DNA of 40,985 nucleotides from Gloeobacterales cyanobacterium (GTDB lineage: Bacteria > Cyanobacteriota > Cyanobacteriia > Gloeobacterales > PMM-0068). Below are positions 28,534 to 37,183 of the stretch, in pieces; the stretch's first letter is position 1; every line of letters begins with the position of its first letter. The stretch spans positions 1-40,985 of the forward strand of contig JBBRSB010000038.1 in assembly GCA_038245785.1 (NCBI GenBank), in the 5' to 3' direction. The notes below the pieces were generated by a model. It worked only from the letters and a program-made list of their open reading frames with translations, ran no database searches and was not told the DNA's origin. The position numbers and the translations under genes are program-made.

Positions 28534-29322
28534 TCAAGCACCCATGCCTGAGTATTCTTTGAGTCCCTTGCGCCATAGCCAACGATTGAGACCAAAGAAG
28601 AGCAAGCACCAACCGAGCATGACAAGAATTCCCTGTCCCACATTGACGGGTAATCCTGACAATAAGCTGGCGGGAAAATGAACTAAATAGGGAAAGGGCG
28701 TCCAAAGAGCAAACGTTCGCACTTCTGGGGGAAAAACTTCTAAAGGTGCAATCAAACCAGAAAGAAATAGATAGAACAAAAACCAGAATTCTTCCAGGGC
28801 ACTGGCTCGTTCTGTCCAAAAAGCAAGCATTGCTAAAGTGTATTGGATTAGAAAACGCAAGATAAAGGCAAGAGCGACTACGAAGAGAAAGAGGATAGCC
28901 GTGGGTAGATTCGGTATCCAGAAAGATTGAGGATAGAGGATAAAGAAGAAGCCTACCAGTGCGGCCGCAAAGGGAAGTCGGGCAAATCGTTCTGCAAAGT
29001 GACCAGCAAGGTGTCTCCATACTGGGTCTATCGGTTGCAGCAAACGATTAGAAAGCTGACCGCTTAAAACTTCTTTTTCAAAATCCCAAATCACCCAGAC
29101 GATGGTGAACTGACGGGTAATGAAAGCAGCCAGAAAATAGCGGGCAAAATCTAAAGGCCCTAATCCAAATTGTCTCCCCTGGGCCGCCTCCATCCAAACC
29201 CCCATCAAAATAAAGGGTAAGGAACCAGACAAAGCCCAGAGGAAAAGTTCTGCACGGTACTCCACCATATAGGCGTAGTAGACCGTGACCAGAGCCTTAG
29301 CTGTTCTAAAGACCTGATTCAT
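28534..29322 (-). CDS. ABC-2 family (DUF990-type) permease, subunit 1
   Basis: MVEYRAEL, SGQLSNRLLQP, LSGLIAPL, YSGMGA C-terminus; overlaps the ATPase stop. Confidence 0.9.
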   Translation of the reverse strand: MNQVFRTAKALVTVYYAYMVEYRAELFLWALSGSLPFILMGVWMEAAQGRQFGLGPLDFARYFLAAFITRQFTIVWVIWDFEKEVLSGQLSNRLLQPIDPVWRHLAGHFAERFARLPFAAALVGFFFILYPQSFWIPNLPTAILFLFVVALAFILRFLIQYTLAMLAFWTERASALEEFWFLFYLFLSGLIAPLEVFPPEVRTFALWTPFPYLVHFPASLLSGLPVNVGQGILVMLGWCLLFFGLNRWLWRKGLKEYSGMGA

Positions 29323-30302
29323 GTGACCGTACCTGTCCGAAACACGCGACCAATCACTTCTTCAATCGGGGGAGCCGTAATCGTTAAATCGGTAACTTCA
29401 AGCTCTGCCAAAATTTGAGCGACCGTCCGAGTAAGATGCTCACGCTGCACCAGTAAGCGCACCATACAACCTTCTACTGCTTCTATTTCTCCATAGGCCG
29501 CTAGTTTTTCTTGAACACAGGGTTGGGCCAGTTCGATTTTCACTTCTCGATAGGGGGCAAAGCGGTCTAAGAGTCCTTCCAGGCTGCCATCGTAGATCAG
29601 CGCTCCGGCATAAATTAGAATAACGCGTGGGCATAAGGCGGTGATATCTGCCATATAGTGACTGGTTAGCAGCACCGTCGCGCCATAGTGGGCATTGTAG
29701 GTACGCAGAAATTCGCGGACTTTCACTTGAGCATTCACATCAAGGCCCAGGGTTGGCTCATCGAGAAAGAGGACTTTAGGCTGATGCAGCAAAGCTGCTA
29801 ACATTTCTGCTTTCATTCGCTCCCCAAGAGAGAGCTTCCGTACTGGCTGAGTCAGCTTTTCTTCTAAGGAAAGCATTTCTGTCAGTTCACCAACCCGACG
29901 CTGAAAATCGGCATCGGAAATTCCATAGACTTCAGCATTGATTTTCAAAGAATCCAAGGCCGGGAGGTCCCAAATTAGCTGCTGCTTCTGCCCCATCAGC
30001 AACGTGATTTTTTTGAGGAATGCTGGCTCCCGCTTGAAAGGATTGTGTCCAACCACCTCGACTTTGCCCGATGACGGATAAATCAGTCCGGTCAGCATCT
30101 TTAAGGTCGTAGTCTTCCCCGCACCATTAGGCCCCAAAAATCCAACTACCTCTCCCGGTTCAATCTGGAAAGAAATCTTTTGGACCGCATTCACTTGCCG
30201 ATAGGTGCGTTTAAAGAAGTGCCGGAGGGTGCCCTTAAACCCCGGCTCCTTCACGGCCACAGGATAAACCTTGGTTAAGTCTTCAGCAATAATCACTGAC
30301 AT
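29319..30302 (-). CDS. ABC transporter ATP-binding protein
   Basis: GPNGAGKTT, LSLGERMK, FLDEPT, TSH. Confidence 0.93.
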   Translation of the reverse strand: MSVIIAEDLTKVYPVAVKEPGFKGTLRHFFKRTYRQVNAVQKISFQIEPGEVVGFLGPNGAGKTTTLKMLTGLIYPSSGKVEVVGHNPFKREPAFLKKITLLMGQKQQLIWDLPALDSLKINAEVYGISDADFQRRVGELTEMLSLEEKLTQPVRKLSLGERMKAEMLAALLHQPKVLFLDEPTLGLDVNAQVKVREFLRTYNAHYGATVLLTSHYMADITALCPRVILIYAGALIYDGSLEGLLDRFAPYREVKIELAQPCVQEKLAAYGEIEAVEGCMVRLLVQREHLTRTVAQILAELEVTDLTITAPPIEEVIGRVFRTGTVT

Positions 30303-30457
30303 GAGTCCAGTCTAGCTTGGTGTCTATGGTCAGGCAGACTATCAAGCAGCAGATCGACCTCAAAAAAGAAAGTGATCTTCACATGGTTGACTACTCCCTT
30401 GAAGAATCCTGGAAAGTCAAGCATCATATAAGCATTAAATTTAGTGCGAGCAATCCT

Positions 30458-30754
30458 ATGCTGGATGTTAGCCGTGACATCAATTCCCTTTCTAATTTCA
30501 AGCGCAACACCAGTGACTTTATGGAGCGTTTGAAAGAGACAAAAGCACCTCTGGTCCTCACCATTAACGGGGTGTCAGAGTTGGTTGTGCAAAGTGCTGG
30601 GGGCTATCAGCAACTCTTAAATCGATTAGAGTACCTGGAGACCGTAGTTGGCATCCGGCGAGGACTAGAAGAACTTGCTGATGGTAAAGCCGTACCCGCC
30701 GTCACTGCTTTGGAAGAGCTGAGAGAAAAACTGAAGCAGTCTCCAAGTGCATGA
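30458..30754 (+). CDS. Phd/YefM family antitoxin (orphan)
   Basis: DINSLSNFKRNT...PLVLTING..ELVVQ...YQ.L; no toxin downstream. Confidence 0.82.
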   Translation: MLDVSRDINSLSNFKRNTSDFMERLKETKAPLVLTINGVSELVVQSAGGYQQLLNRLEYLETVVGIRRGLEELADGKAVPAVTALEELREKLKQSPSA

Positions 30755-30758
30755 ATTA

Positions 30759-31376
30759 TCAAGCTAGCTTTCCCTGTTCTAGATGAAGGATTTGGTCAGC
30801 TTTTGCTTCAAACTCTACGCGGTCGTGGGTGACTACGATGACGCCTTGGTTTTTTCGCAGTTGGCTAATGACAGCGACCATTTGAGCCCGTACAGACCAA
30901 TCTAAGCCTGCCAAAGGTTCATCAAGCAGTAGAAAATCAGGCTGTCGGAGCAGTTGGACGGCAATGGCTACGCGCCGTTGCTGTCCCCCTGATAGGTTGC
31001 GGGGATTCACCGCTAAATCCAGGTCAGCTAATCCCATCTGCCTGAGGACCTCTCGCAAAACCCAGGGGTTGTGGTCATGGCCAAAATTGAGTTCTTCTTC
31101 TAGAGTTCTGCCACAAAAATGTCGTTCTGGAAATTGAAAGACTAAGCCTATTTTTTGTTGCAATTGAATTGGCAAGAGTCGTTTTCCACCACAGAGGATA
31201 TGCCCTTTGGTGGGAAGCACTAGGCCCGACAAAATTTCTAGCAGGGTGGATTTACCGGAACCGCTCGTACCGAAAATGGCACACAATTCACCTCGCTTCA
31301 CACTCAAGGTAATGCCTTGCAGAATAGGCTGAGGAATTGTGGCAGGATGATAGCAAACCCCTAGGGTTTCTAACAT
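30759..31376 (-). CDS. ABC/ECF-type ATPase
   Basis: GTSGSGKST, GLVFQFPE, LSGGQQRR, LDEP, VTHD. Confidence 0.87.
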   Translation of the reverse strand: MLETLGVCYHPATIPQPILQGITLSVKRGELCAIFGTSGSGKSTLLEILSGLVLPTKGHILCGGKRLLPIQLQQKIGLVFQFPERHFCGRTLEEELNFGHDHNPWVLREVLRQMGLADLDLAVNPRNLSGGQQRRVAIAVQLLRQPDFLLLDEPLAGLDWSVRAQMVAVISQLRKNQGVIVVTHDRVEFEAKADQILHLEQGKLA

Positions 31377-31381
31377 AGGCG

Positions 31382-32131
31382 CTAGATCTTAGTTCCTGTT
31401 TTTTTGGACCAGACTTCGACGGCAATATCGTAGGCTTCTAAGGGAAGTCCGGCAGGCATAGCGACGCCGTTAAAAATCAAGGTTGGCGTAGACTGCACAT
31501 TGAGCAGAACACCCAACTGCATATCTTTTTCAATCGCTGCTTTAGCCTGAGCGCTGGCGCGGTCTTTATTAAAGCGATTGAGGTCCAGTTTTAGATCTTT
31601 AGCCGTGGCTACAAGGGTTGATTCCCGCAGATCTTTTTGACGTTGAAACAGCAGGTCATGATATTCAAAAAATTTACCTTGCTGCTTGGCAGCCCAGGCT
31701 GCTAACGCAGCAGGCATAGCATTCTCATGGGCTTGGGTCAGCGGGAAATTCTTGAATATCAACTTCATCTTGCCTTTGTACTTGGCCTCTAGCTCTTTAA
31801 GCATGGGCTGGGCTTGCCCACAATAAGGACATTGAAAGTCAGAAAACTCTACCAAAGTCATGGGAGCCTCTTTGGGTCCTTGTACGGGACTGTCTCCAAT
31901 CGCTACCTTGATTGGCGTTTCTAGCTTCTGCTCAACTTGCTTGGCGAATGCTGCTTTTTCCTCAGGGGGTATGGCTGGCGGTTTAGCGGTGGTTTCTGCC
32001 TTCTCTGGAGAGGATGTAGTTGGGTTAGCTCCAGCCTGTTCGGATTTTTCTGGGGGCGTTGTACAGCTTGCAAGTAAGGTAGCAGCCAGGACCAAGAGGC
32101 CACAGGTCTGAGATATTTGTTTCAAAAACAT
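31382..32131 (-). CDS. DsbA/thioredoxin-like lipoprotein
   Basis: Lipobox LASC, EFSDFQCPYC, STPT. Confidence 0.88.
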   Translation of the reverse strand: MFLKQISQTCGLLVLAATLLASCTTPPEKSEQAGANPTTSSPEKAETTAKPPAIPPEEKAAFAKQVEQKLETPIKVAIGDSPVQGPKEAPMTLVEFSDFQCPYCGQAQPMLKELEAKYKGKMKLIFKNFPLTQAHENAMPAALAAWAAKQQGKFFEYHDLLFQRQKDLRESTLVATAKDLKLDLNRFNKDRASAQAKAAIEKDMQLGVLLNVQSTPTLIFNGVAMPAGLPLEAYDIAVEVWSKKTGTKI

Positions 32132-32147
32132 GTTTAGGAGTCCTCTT

Positions 32148-32981
32148 TTATTCTTTCACGGGCGGCAAGGTGCCTTCTAAGCGTTGGTGTTGGAGCACAG
32201 GTAGTTGCTGACGCACTTGAGCAAGGCGTTTGGGGTCGATCTGGGCCACGGCTACACCCGGCATATCTCCTGCATCCGCCATCACGTTACCCCAAGGGTC
32301 AATCACTAAGGCATGACCGTAGGTATGGCGACGGGAATAATGGGTGCCTACTTGAGCCGGGGCCAATACATAGCAGGTGTTTTCAATCGCTCTTGCTCTG
32401 AGAAGAACTCGCCAATGGTCTTTGCCCGTGTAGGCAGTGAAGGCAGAAGGAATTAGCAATACATCAGCGCCTTGCAACGCTAAAGTCCGATAGACCTCTG
32501 GAAATCTAAGGTCATAGCAGACAGAAAGACCCAAAGCGCCCAATTTCTCAGTACGGACCAAGTGAACAGTATCACCAGGCAGGACGGAATCGGATTCGCG
32601 ATAGGTAATGCCATCGGGCAAGTCCACATCGAAGAGGTGAATCTTGCGGTACCGTCCCAATTCTTCGCCGTGGGGGCCGATTAAAACGGCCACGTTGTAG
32701 ACTTTTCCAACGGAGGCGGGGACCGGAAATCCTCCGCCTAAGAGGGTGATTCCGAACCGTTGGGCAGTCTTGACCAGAAATTCTTCGGTCGTCGCCGCAA
32801 TGCGTTTTACCTGGCTCAACTTTTCTCTTTCAGGTCCAAGGAAAGAGAAATTTTCCGGCAAAGTCACCAGAGAAGCTCCGCGATCCACGGCCTGTTGAAT
32901 CAAAGCTTCGGCTTGAGTCAGGTTGTGACTAAGGTCAGGAGTGCTGGTCATCTGTACGGCAGCGGCTAAGTAGGGTTCCAT
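32148..32981 (-). CDS. Carbon-nitrogen hydrolase (Nit1-like deaminated glutathione amidase)
   Basis: LPE, YRKIHLFD, VCYDLRFPE, ARAIEN, GHALVIDPWG. Confidence 0.9.
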   Translation of the reverse strand: MEPYLAAAVQMTSTPDLSHNLTQAEALIQQAVDRGASLVTLPENFSFLGPEREKLSQVKRIAATTEEFLVKTAQRFGITLLGGGFPVPASVGKVYNVAVLIGPHGEELGRYRKIHLFDVDLPDGITYRESDSVLPGDTVHLVRTEKLGALGLSVCYDLRFPEVYRTLALQGADVLLIPSAFTAYTGKDHWRVLLRARAIENTCYVLAPAQVGTHYSRRHTYGHALVIDPWGNVMADAGDMPGVAVAQIDPKRLAQVRQQLPVLQHQRLEGTLPPVKE

Positions 32982-33079
32982 CGGCTTTAGGGGCGTGCAA
33001 CAAGTACCTTTCTAGAATAACCGTGGAGGGTGCAACCATGTGGTCTTGCCAGAATTACCTTCTGTAAGCCCTTAACATC

Positions 33080-33127
33080 CAACTATATGTAGGGGTGTTA
33101 CATAGTCTTTGACACCACGGATAGAGA
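33080..33127 (+). promoter_or_regulatory. Tandem NrdR boxes
   Basis: CAACTATATGTAGGGG (33080) and weaker ACACCACGGATAGAGA (33112), 32 bp apart, upstream of the RNR gene. Confidence 0.65.
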
Positions 33128-33237
33128 CGTTTATCATGACGTGAAAGATAATGTTTCTCTCAGGGCGCGTCTAGCGTTCAATTATCTGGTTGGTAGCATC
33201 CGGAATTTTTTACTGTTCTCACTTTATGGAGTGCTTC

Positions 33238-35997
33238 ATGGTCGCTATTGCAAAAACAGAACTCAGTGAATCGCAGAGAGCAGTACTCCAGAAGTACTTG
33301 ATTGGGGACGAAAAGACTTGGGAAGATGTTTGTTGGCGGGTAGCCGTACATGCGTCGAAAGCCGAGGACTCTGACGTACAGAGTGAATGGGCGGATAAGT
33401 TTTATGGCATTCTCCAGCCAATGAAGTTCTTACCCGGTGGCTCTATTCTTGCCAATAGTGACCACGGTACGGGCGGACTGCTCAATTGCTTCGTACTCTC
33501 TGCAGAAGACAATATTTATGACATTGCCAAACTAGTTACCGATGCGGTGCTGACGACCAAATTCCGGGGTGGCGTCGGTATCAATATTGGCTCAGAAGGT
33601 CAGAAAGGCTATATCCGGTCTAAAGGTTCGCCCTTTGCCGATGGGAAGGCCCTAGGCCCCTGTGCCGTTCTCGACATGGTATCTGAGACTTCCAAGAAGA
33701 TCACCACGGGAAATAAAGCCCGTCGTGGCGCTTTTATGTTCTCCATGCACTGGAAGCACCCTGATGTCCATGAATTTATTCAGGCGAAAACCCAGTCGGT
33801 GATGGATGCCAAGTCGGCCCGTGACATCATCGAAGAAGCAACCCAACTGGTTACAGAGACCACTTTGTCCGTCCAAGAGAAAAATGAGCGTCTTGCCAAA
33901 ATCAAAGCAGACCTGACGACGGCATGGACGGAAACCCACCTCACCGCAGAAGGCAAACGGGACCGGCGCTGGCACAATGCCAACATTTCTGTCCAAGTAG
34001 ACGATGAATTCTTCCGACTCTTAGATGAGCAAGATTCTTACGTTGTAGAACTTTGGGACAAGATTGCTCAATTTGCCTATGACACAGCAGATCCAGGCAT
34101 GTTGTTTATTGATAGTGCCAAAAAGAAGAGTCCGATTCGGGAATTCATTACTACGACCAATCCCTGCGGTGAGATTTTCTTACCGCCCAACTCTGCCTGC
34201 AACTTAGGTTCTTTGGTCGTTCCTCGGTTTACCAAGCGCGGTGCCAATGGACAGATGGATTTAGACTGGGAAGATTTTGGCCGGACCATTGAAATTGCCG
34301 TGCGCTTCCTCGATAACATTCTTAACATTGCTAACTTTGCCACCGAAGCTCAGCGAGAAAATGTTCGGAATCGCTATCGTCAGCTAGGTCTGGGGATTAT
34401 GGGCTGGGCCGATTGGTTAAAAGTGCGCCGGATTCCTTATGACAGTCAGGAGCATATTGCTGAAGTTGACCGCGTAGGTAGCTTCATCGCGAACCGGGCC
34501 TACCGAGCTTCCGAGAATTTGGCTGAGCTCAAAGGCCCTTGCGGCGTTTGGGATGAGATTAGCAGTGTCCGCACAGGCAATAAGTTTGAATCCTGGGTGG
34601 ATGAAGAAGGCCATCACTACGATGGTGAGCAGGCACTCCAGGCAACACAGCCGCTCAAACAGGTGCCCCGTCGCAACTCTACGGTCTTGAGCATTGCCCC
34701 TACAGGCTCTATTGCTCAGTTAGCCAATTGTTCTTGGGCTTTTGAACCTGATTTTGGTCTGACGATTTGGAAGCAGGTCTATGTAGATGCTGCCAATGCC
34801 AAACAGAACTGGGTGCAAATTCTCAACTCCTATGTAGATGAGCTAGCGCTGTCTGAAGCAGATAAGGCGATCGTCCTCAAAACAGGTTCTCTACAAAGTA
34901 CGGAATTTGCTAAGAACAATCCTGAAGTGGCCAATGCCTTCAAGATCTCTCGGGAAGTGCCCTGGCAGTGGCATGTTATTGCTCAGGCTCAGTGGCAACT
35001 GTGGGTAGATTCCAGCATCAGTAAGACGATTAACTGCAACCGGAATACTACGGTCGATGAAATCAAAGAGATGTATCGCTTTGCCCAGAAGAAAGGGTTG
35101 AAGGGTATTACTATTTACCGGGAAGGAACTTTAGAGTCCGAACCTGTAAAGATTGGTGCGCTTGAGGAAACAGCAGCGCCCGAGGCCGCTCCTGCCATCG
35201 CTGAAGTGGCCCCAGTAAAAACATCGGTCGCATCCGTTCCGGCAGTTGTTGCGCCCGTACGTCAGCGTTCTGAAGTCCTTTTTGGCTTTAGTCGTAAGCT
35301 GCAAACCCGCACCTGGGGAGATATTTTAGTCTCGGTACACTACGACCAGGAAGGTCCGAGAGAAGTCCAAGCGAATGCGGGCAAGTCTGGAAGCAGTGAC
35401 CTGCACGCTTTTTGTGAAGCGGTAGCACGGCTCAGCACCCTACTTCTCGCTCACCGCGTTCCGCTGGCGGAAGTCGCCCAGCATCTACGGGGCATTCGTG
35501 GGCCTGCGGTGGAAGTGATTGAGCAAGACCAAGTGGTTAGCTTAGCAGATGCTATTGGTAAAGTTCTTCAGGAAGCGCCCGTAGCGCTTATGGCACCGAT
35601 TCCGGCTATTGCAGCTAAAGCTGAGCCCATTCCTGCTCCTGTAGCGACAGAGCCTGTGGTGGAAGCACCAAAAGCAGAAAATGGAAATGGACACAGCAAG
35701 CCCCAAACGGTAAGTCCAGCGGCTGCACCCGTGAGCCTTTTTCCTATAGAGGAAGGTGAGCGCCCAGCCATGCTAGAAGAGGAAGTGCTTCAAGCGCTGG
35801 CTCTGATAGGAGTCGAGTACGACGAAGGTCCTATCTACGTTGCTGAGAATAGCTATCCCAAGGGTTGGACCAGTCAGGACTTTAAAGGAGGCTGCGGGGG
35901 TGGCATTATTCACTACCAAGTCCTAAGTACTCCCAGCGGCCAACGCTTGCTGATGGTTCGTAATGACTCTTATTCCATGTGCTACGTGAAAGGCTAA
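33238..35997 (+). CDS. nrdJ: Class II (adenosylcobalamin-dependent) ribonucleotide reductase
   Basis: NCFV, RRGA, TNPCGEI, ACNLGS, IAPTGS, SISKTIN, IYREG; TSCPD-like domain; no ATP cone and no adjacent nrdB. Confidence 0.85.
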   Translation: MVAIAKTELSESQRAVLQKYLIGDEKTWEDVCWRVAVHASKAEDSDVQSEWADKFYGILQPMKFLPGGSILANSDHGTGGLLNCFVLSAEDNIYDIAKLVTDAVLTTKFRGGVGINIGSEGQKGYIRSKGSPFADGKALGPCAVLDMVSETSKKITTGNKARRGAFMFSMHWKHPDVHEFIQAKTQSVMDAKSARDIIEEATQLVTETTLSVQEKNERLAKIKADLTTAWTETHLTAEGKRDRRWHNANISVQVDDEFFRLLDEQDSYVVELWDKIAQFAYDTADPGMLFIDSAKKKSPIREFITTTNPCGEIFLPPNSACNLGSLVVPRFTKRGANGQMDLDWEDFGRTIEIAVRFLDNILNIANFATEAQRENVRNRYRQLGLGIMGWADWLKVRRIPYDSQEHIAEVDRVGSFIANRAYRASENLAELKGPCGVWDEISSVRTGNKFESWVDEEGHHYDGEQALQATQPLKQVPRRNSTVLSIAPTGSIAQLANCSWAFEPDFGLTIWKQVYVDAANAKQNWVQILNSYVDELALSEADKAIVLKTGSLQSTEFAKNNPEVANAFKISREVPWQWHVIAQAQWQLWVDSSISKTINCNRNTTVDEIKEMYRFAQKKGLKGITIYREGTLESEPVKIGALEETAAPEAAPAIAEVAPVKTSVASVPAVVAPVRQRSEVLFGFSRKLQTRTWGDILVSVHYDQEGPREVQANAGKSGSSDLHAFCEAVARLSTLLLAHRVPLAEVAQHLRGIRGPAVEVIEQDQVVSLADAIGKVLQEAPVALMAPIPAIAAKAEPIPAPVATEPVVEAPKAENGNGHSKPQTVSPAAAPVSLFPIEEGERPAMLEEEVLQALALIGVEYDEGPIYVAENSYPKGWTSQDFKGGCGGGIIHYQVLSTPSGQRLLMVRNDSYSMCYVKG

Positions 35998-36023
35998 TCC
36001 CCAAGCGGTTTGGTCCAAAATCA

Positions 36024-36055
36024 AGAGGCGGAGGCTATTAAGCTTCCGCCTTTTT
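36024..36055 (+). terminator. Intrinsic terminator after nrdJ
   Basis: AGGCGGAGGC-TATTAA-GCTTCCGCCT-TTTT. Confidence 0.8.
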
Positions 36056-36231
36056 GAATGATGTACTTATATGGAGTCAATGTGAAGAGATGGTTATGAC
36101 AAATACCTTCAGGCTGAAGGCTGAACTTTAGTCACGGTGCAGACTTCAGGCTTCGATATGCCCTTGTCACTTCTCTTTTTTCCGGTCATGCTGGTAATAC
36201 AAGAACTCATACATCCTCGCTAGGTGTCCAG

Positions 36232-36612
36232 TTGTCAGACCTCTGTGCCTTATCGACCTCCTACTGCCTGGCTATCTGCACTGTGCTGATTCCGTCGAAC
36301 TTGCTGTGCACGTTTGTGACGCTCTGTTCGCTTAAGTACCAACAGGCACAGTCCCAAGTGCGACTGGCCGCTGCCCTTGGCATTTTCAGTGCAGTAGCGC
36401 TTGCTCTACATGTTTTTAGCTGGTTCTTGTTGGGAGTTGTCATGCCCCCAAGCTATATGCTGCTTTCTCTGTCCGCCCTCTGTTTGGGACTTAACCTATG
36501 GGCCGCCGTCCGCCCGGAGCATTTGCTTTGCTGGCTCAGGTTTCTTAGTCTTTCCCTTCATGAGCGTTATCCCAGCGCTAAAGTGCTGAATCGGTTGACC
36601 GCACTTTTCTAG
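36232..36612 (+). CDS. Hypothetical membrane protein
   Basis: Three hydrophobic helices, HVFSWFLLGVVMPP. Confidence 0.65.
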   Translation: MSDLCALSTSYCLAICTVLIPSNLLCTFVTLCSLKYQQAQSQVRLAAALGIFSAVALALHVFSWFLLGVVMPPSYMLLSLSALCLGLNLWAAVRPEHLLCWLRFLSLSLHERYPSAKVLNRLTALF

Positions 36613-36789
36613 GACATTGGGCTGCTGTGGGCATGATCCCGTGGTCCTTCAAATTAAAACAATATTACGAAGTTACAGAAACTCCAAAAACCGTCAGATT
36701 TTGTTAGAATAAAAAAGTCTAATCCAGCAGTAGGGTCATTTTTTGTCCTTGTTCGTTGAGTTGGTCAAAATGCTATTGAGAGACAAGAA

Positions 36790-37122
36790 ATGACGATATT
36801 TGTTGGCAATCTGCCTTTTTCTGTAAGCGAGCAAACGATTTCGGATGCTTTTGCTGAGTTCGGTACTGTAAAGTCCGTCAAGATCCCCAGCGACCGTGAA
36901 ACCGGACGCCCCCGTGGCTTTGCCTTTGTGGACATGGAAGATGCTGCAGCTGAAGACGCTGCAATCAAAGAACTCGACGGTGCAACTTTGGATAACCGCG
37001 AACTGCGCGTTAACAAAGCAGAGCCTAAGCCAGAGCGTTCTTCTGGTGGTGGTGGTAATCGTGGCGGTGGCGGCGGTTATGGCGGCGGCGGCGGTGGTGG
37101 TGGTGGCGGACGTCGCTACTAA
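36790..37122 (+). CDS. RRM RNA-binding protein with Gly-rich tail (Rbp family)
   Basis: IFVGNL (RNP2), RGFAFV (RNP1), poly-Gly tail ending RRY. Confidence 0.95.
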   Translation: MTIFVGNLPFSVSEQTISDAFAEFGTVKSVKIPSDRETGRPRGFAFVDMEDAAAEDAAIKELDGATLDNRELRVNKAEPKPERSSGGGGNRGGGGGYGGGGGGGGGGRRY

Positions 37123-37154
37123 ACTTGGCTGCTAAACCTAGTTTGTAGTCTTAG

Positions 37155-37183
37155 AACCCGGCCCCTTAGGGGGTCGGGTTTTT
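37155..37183. terminator. Terminator between convergent genes
   Basis: AACCCGGCCCC-TTAG-GGGGTCGGGTT-TTT. Confidence 0.8.

Noticed and set aside
28463..29020. 185-aa minus-strand ORF ending in vapC-like DRDFESFITHLGLRSIF
   Set aside because: Off-frame overlap of the permease running into the duplicated vapC fragment; artefact of the junction
33780..33970. Intein in the RNR insertion
   Set aside because: Too short and lacks the N-terminal Cys/Ser and C-terminal His-Asn splicing motifs
37044..37110. (GGY)n trinucleotide repeat
   Set aside because: Encodes the ordinary Gly-rich tail of cyanobacterial Rbp proteins
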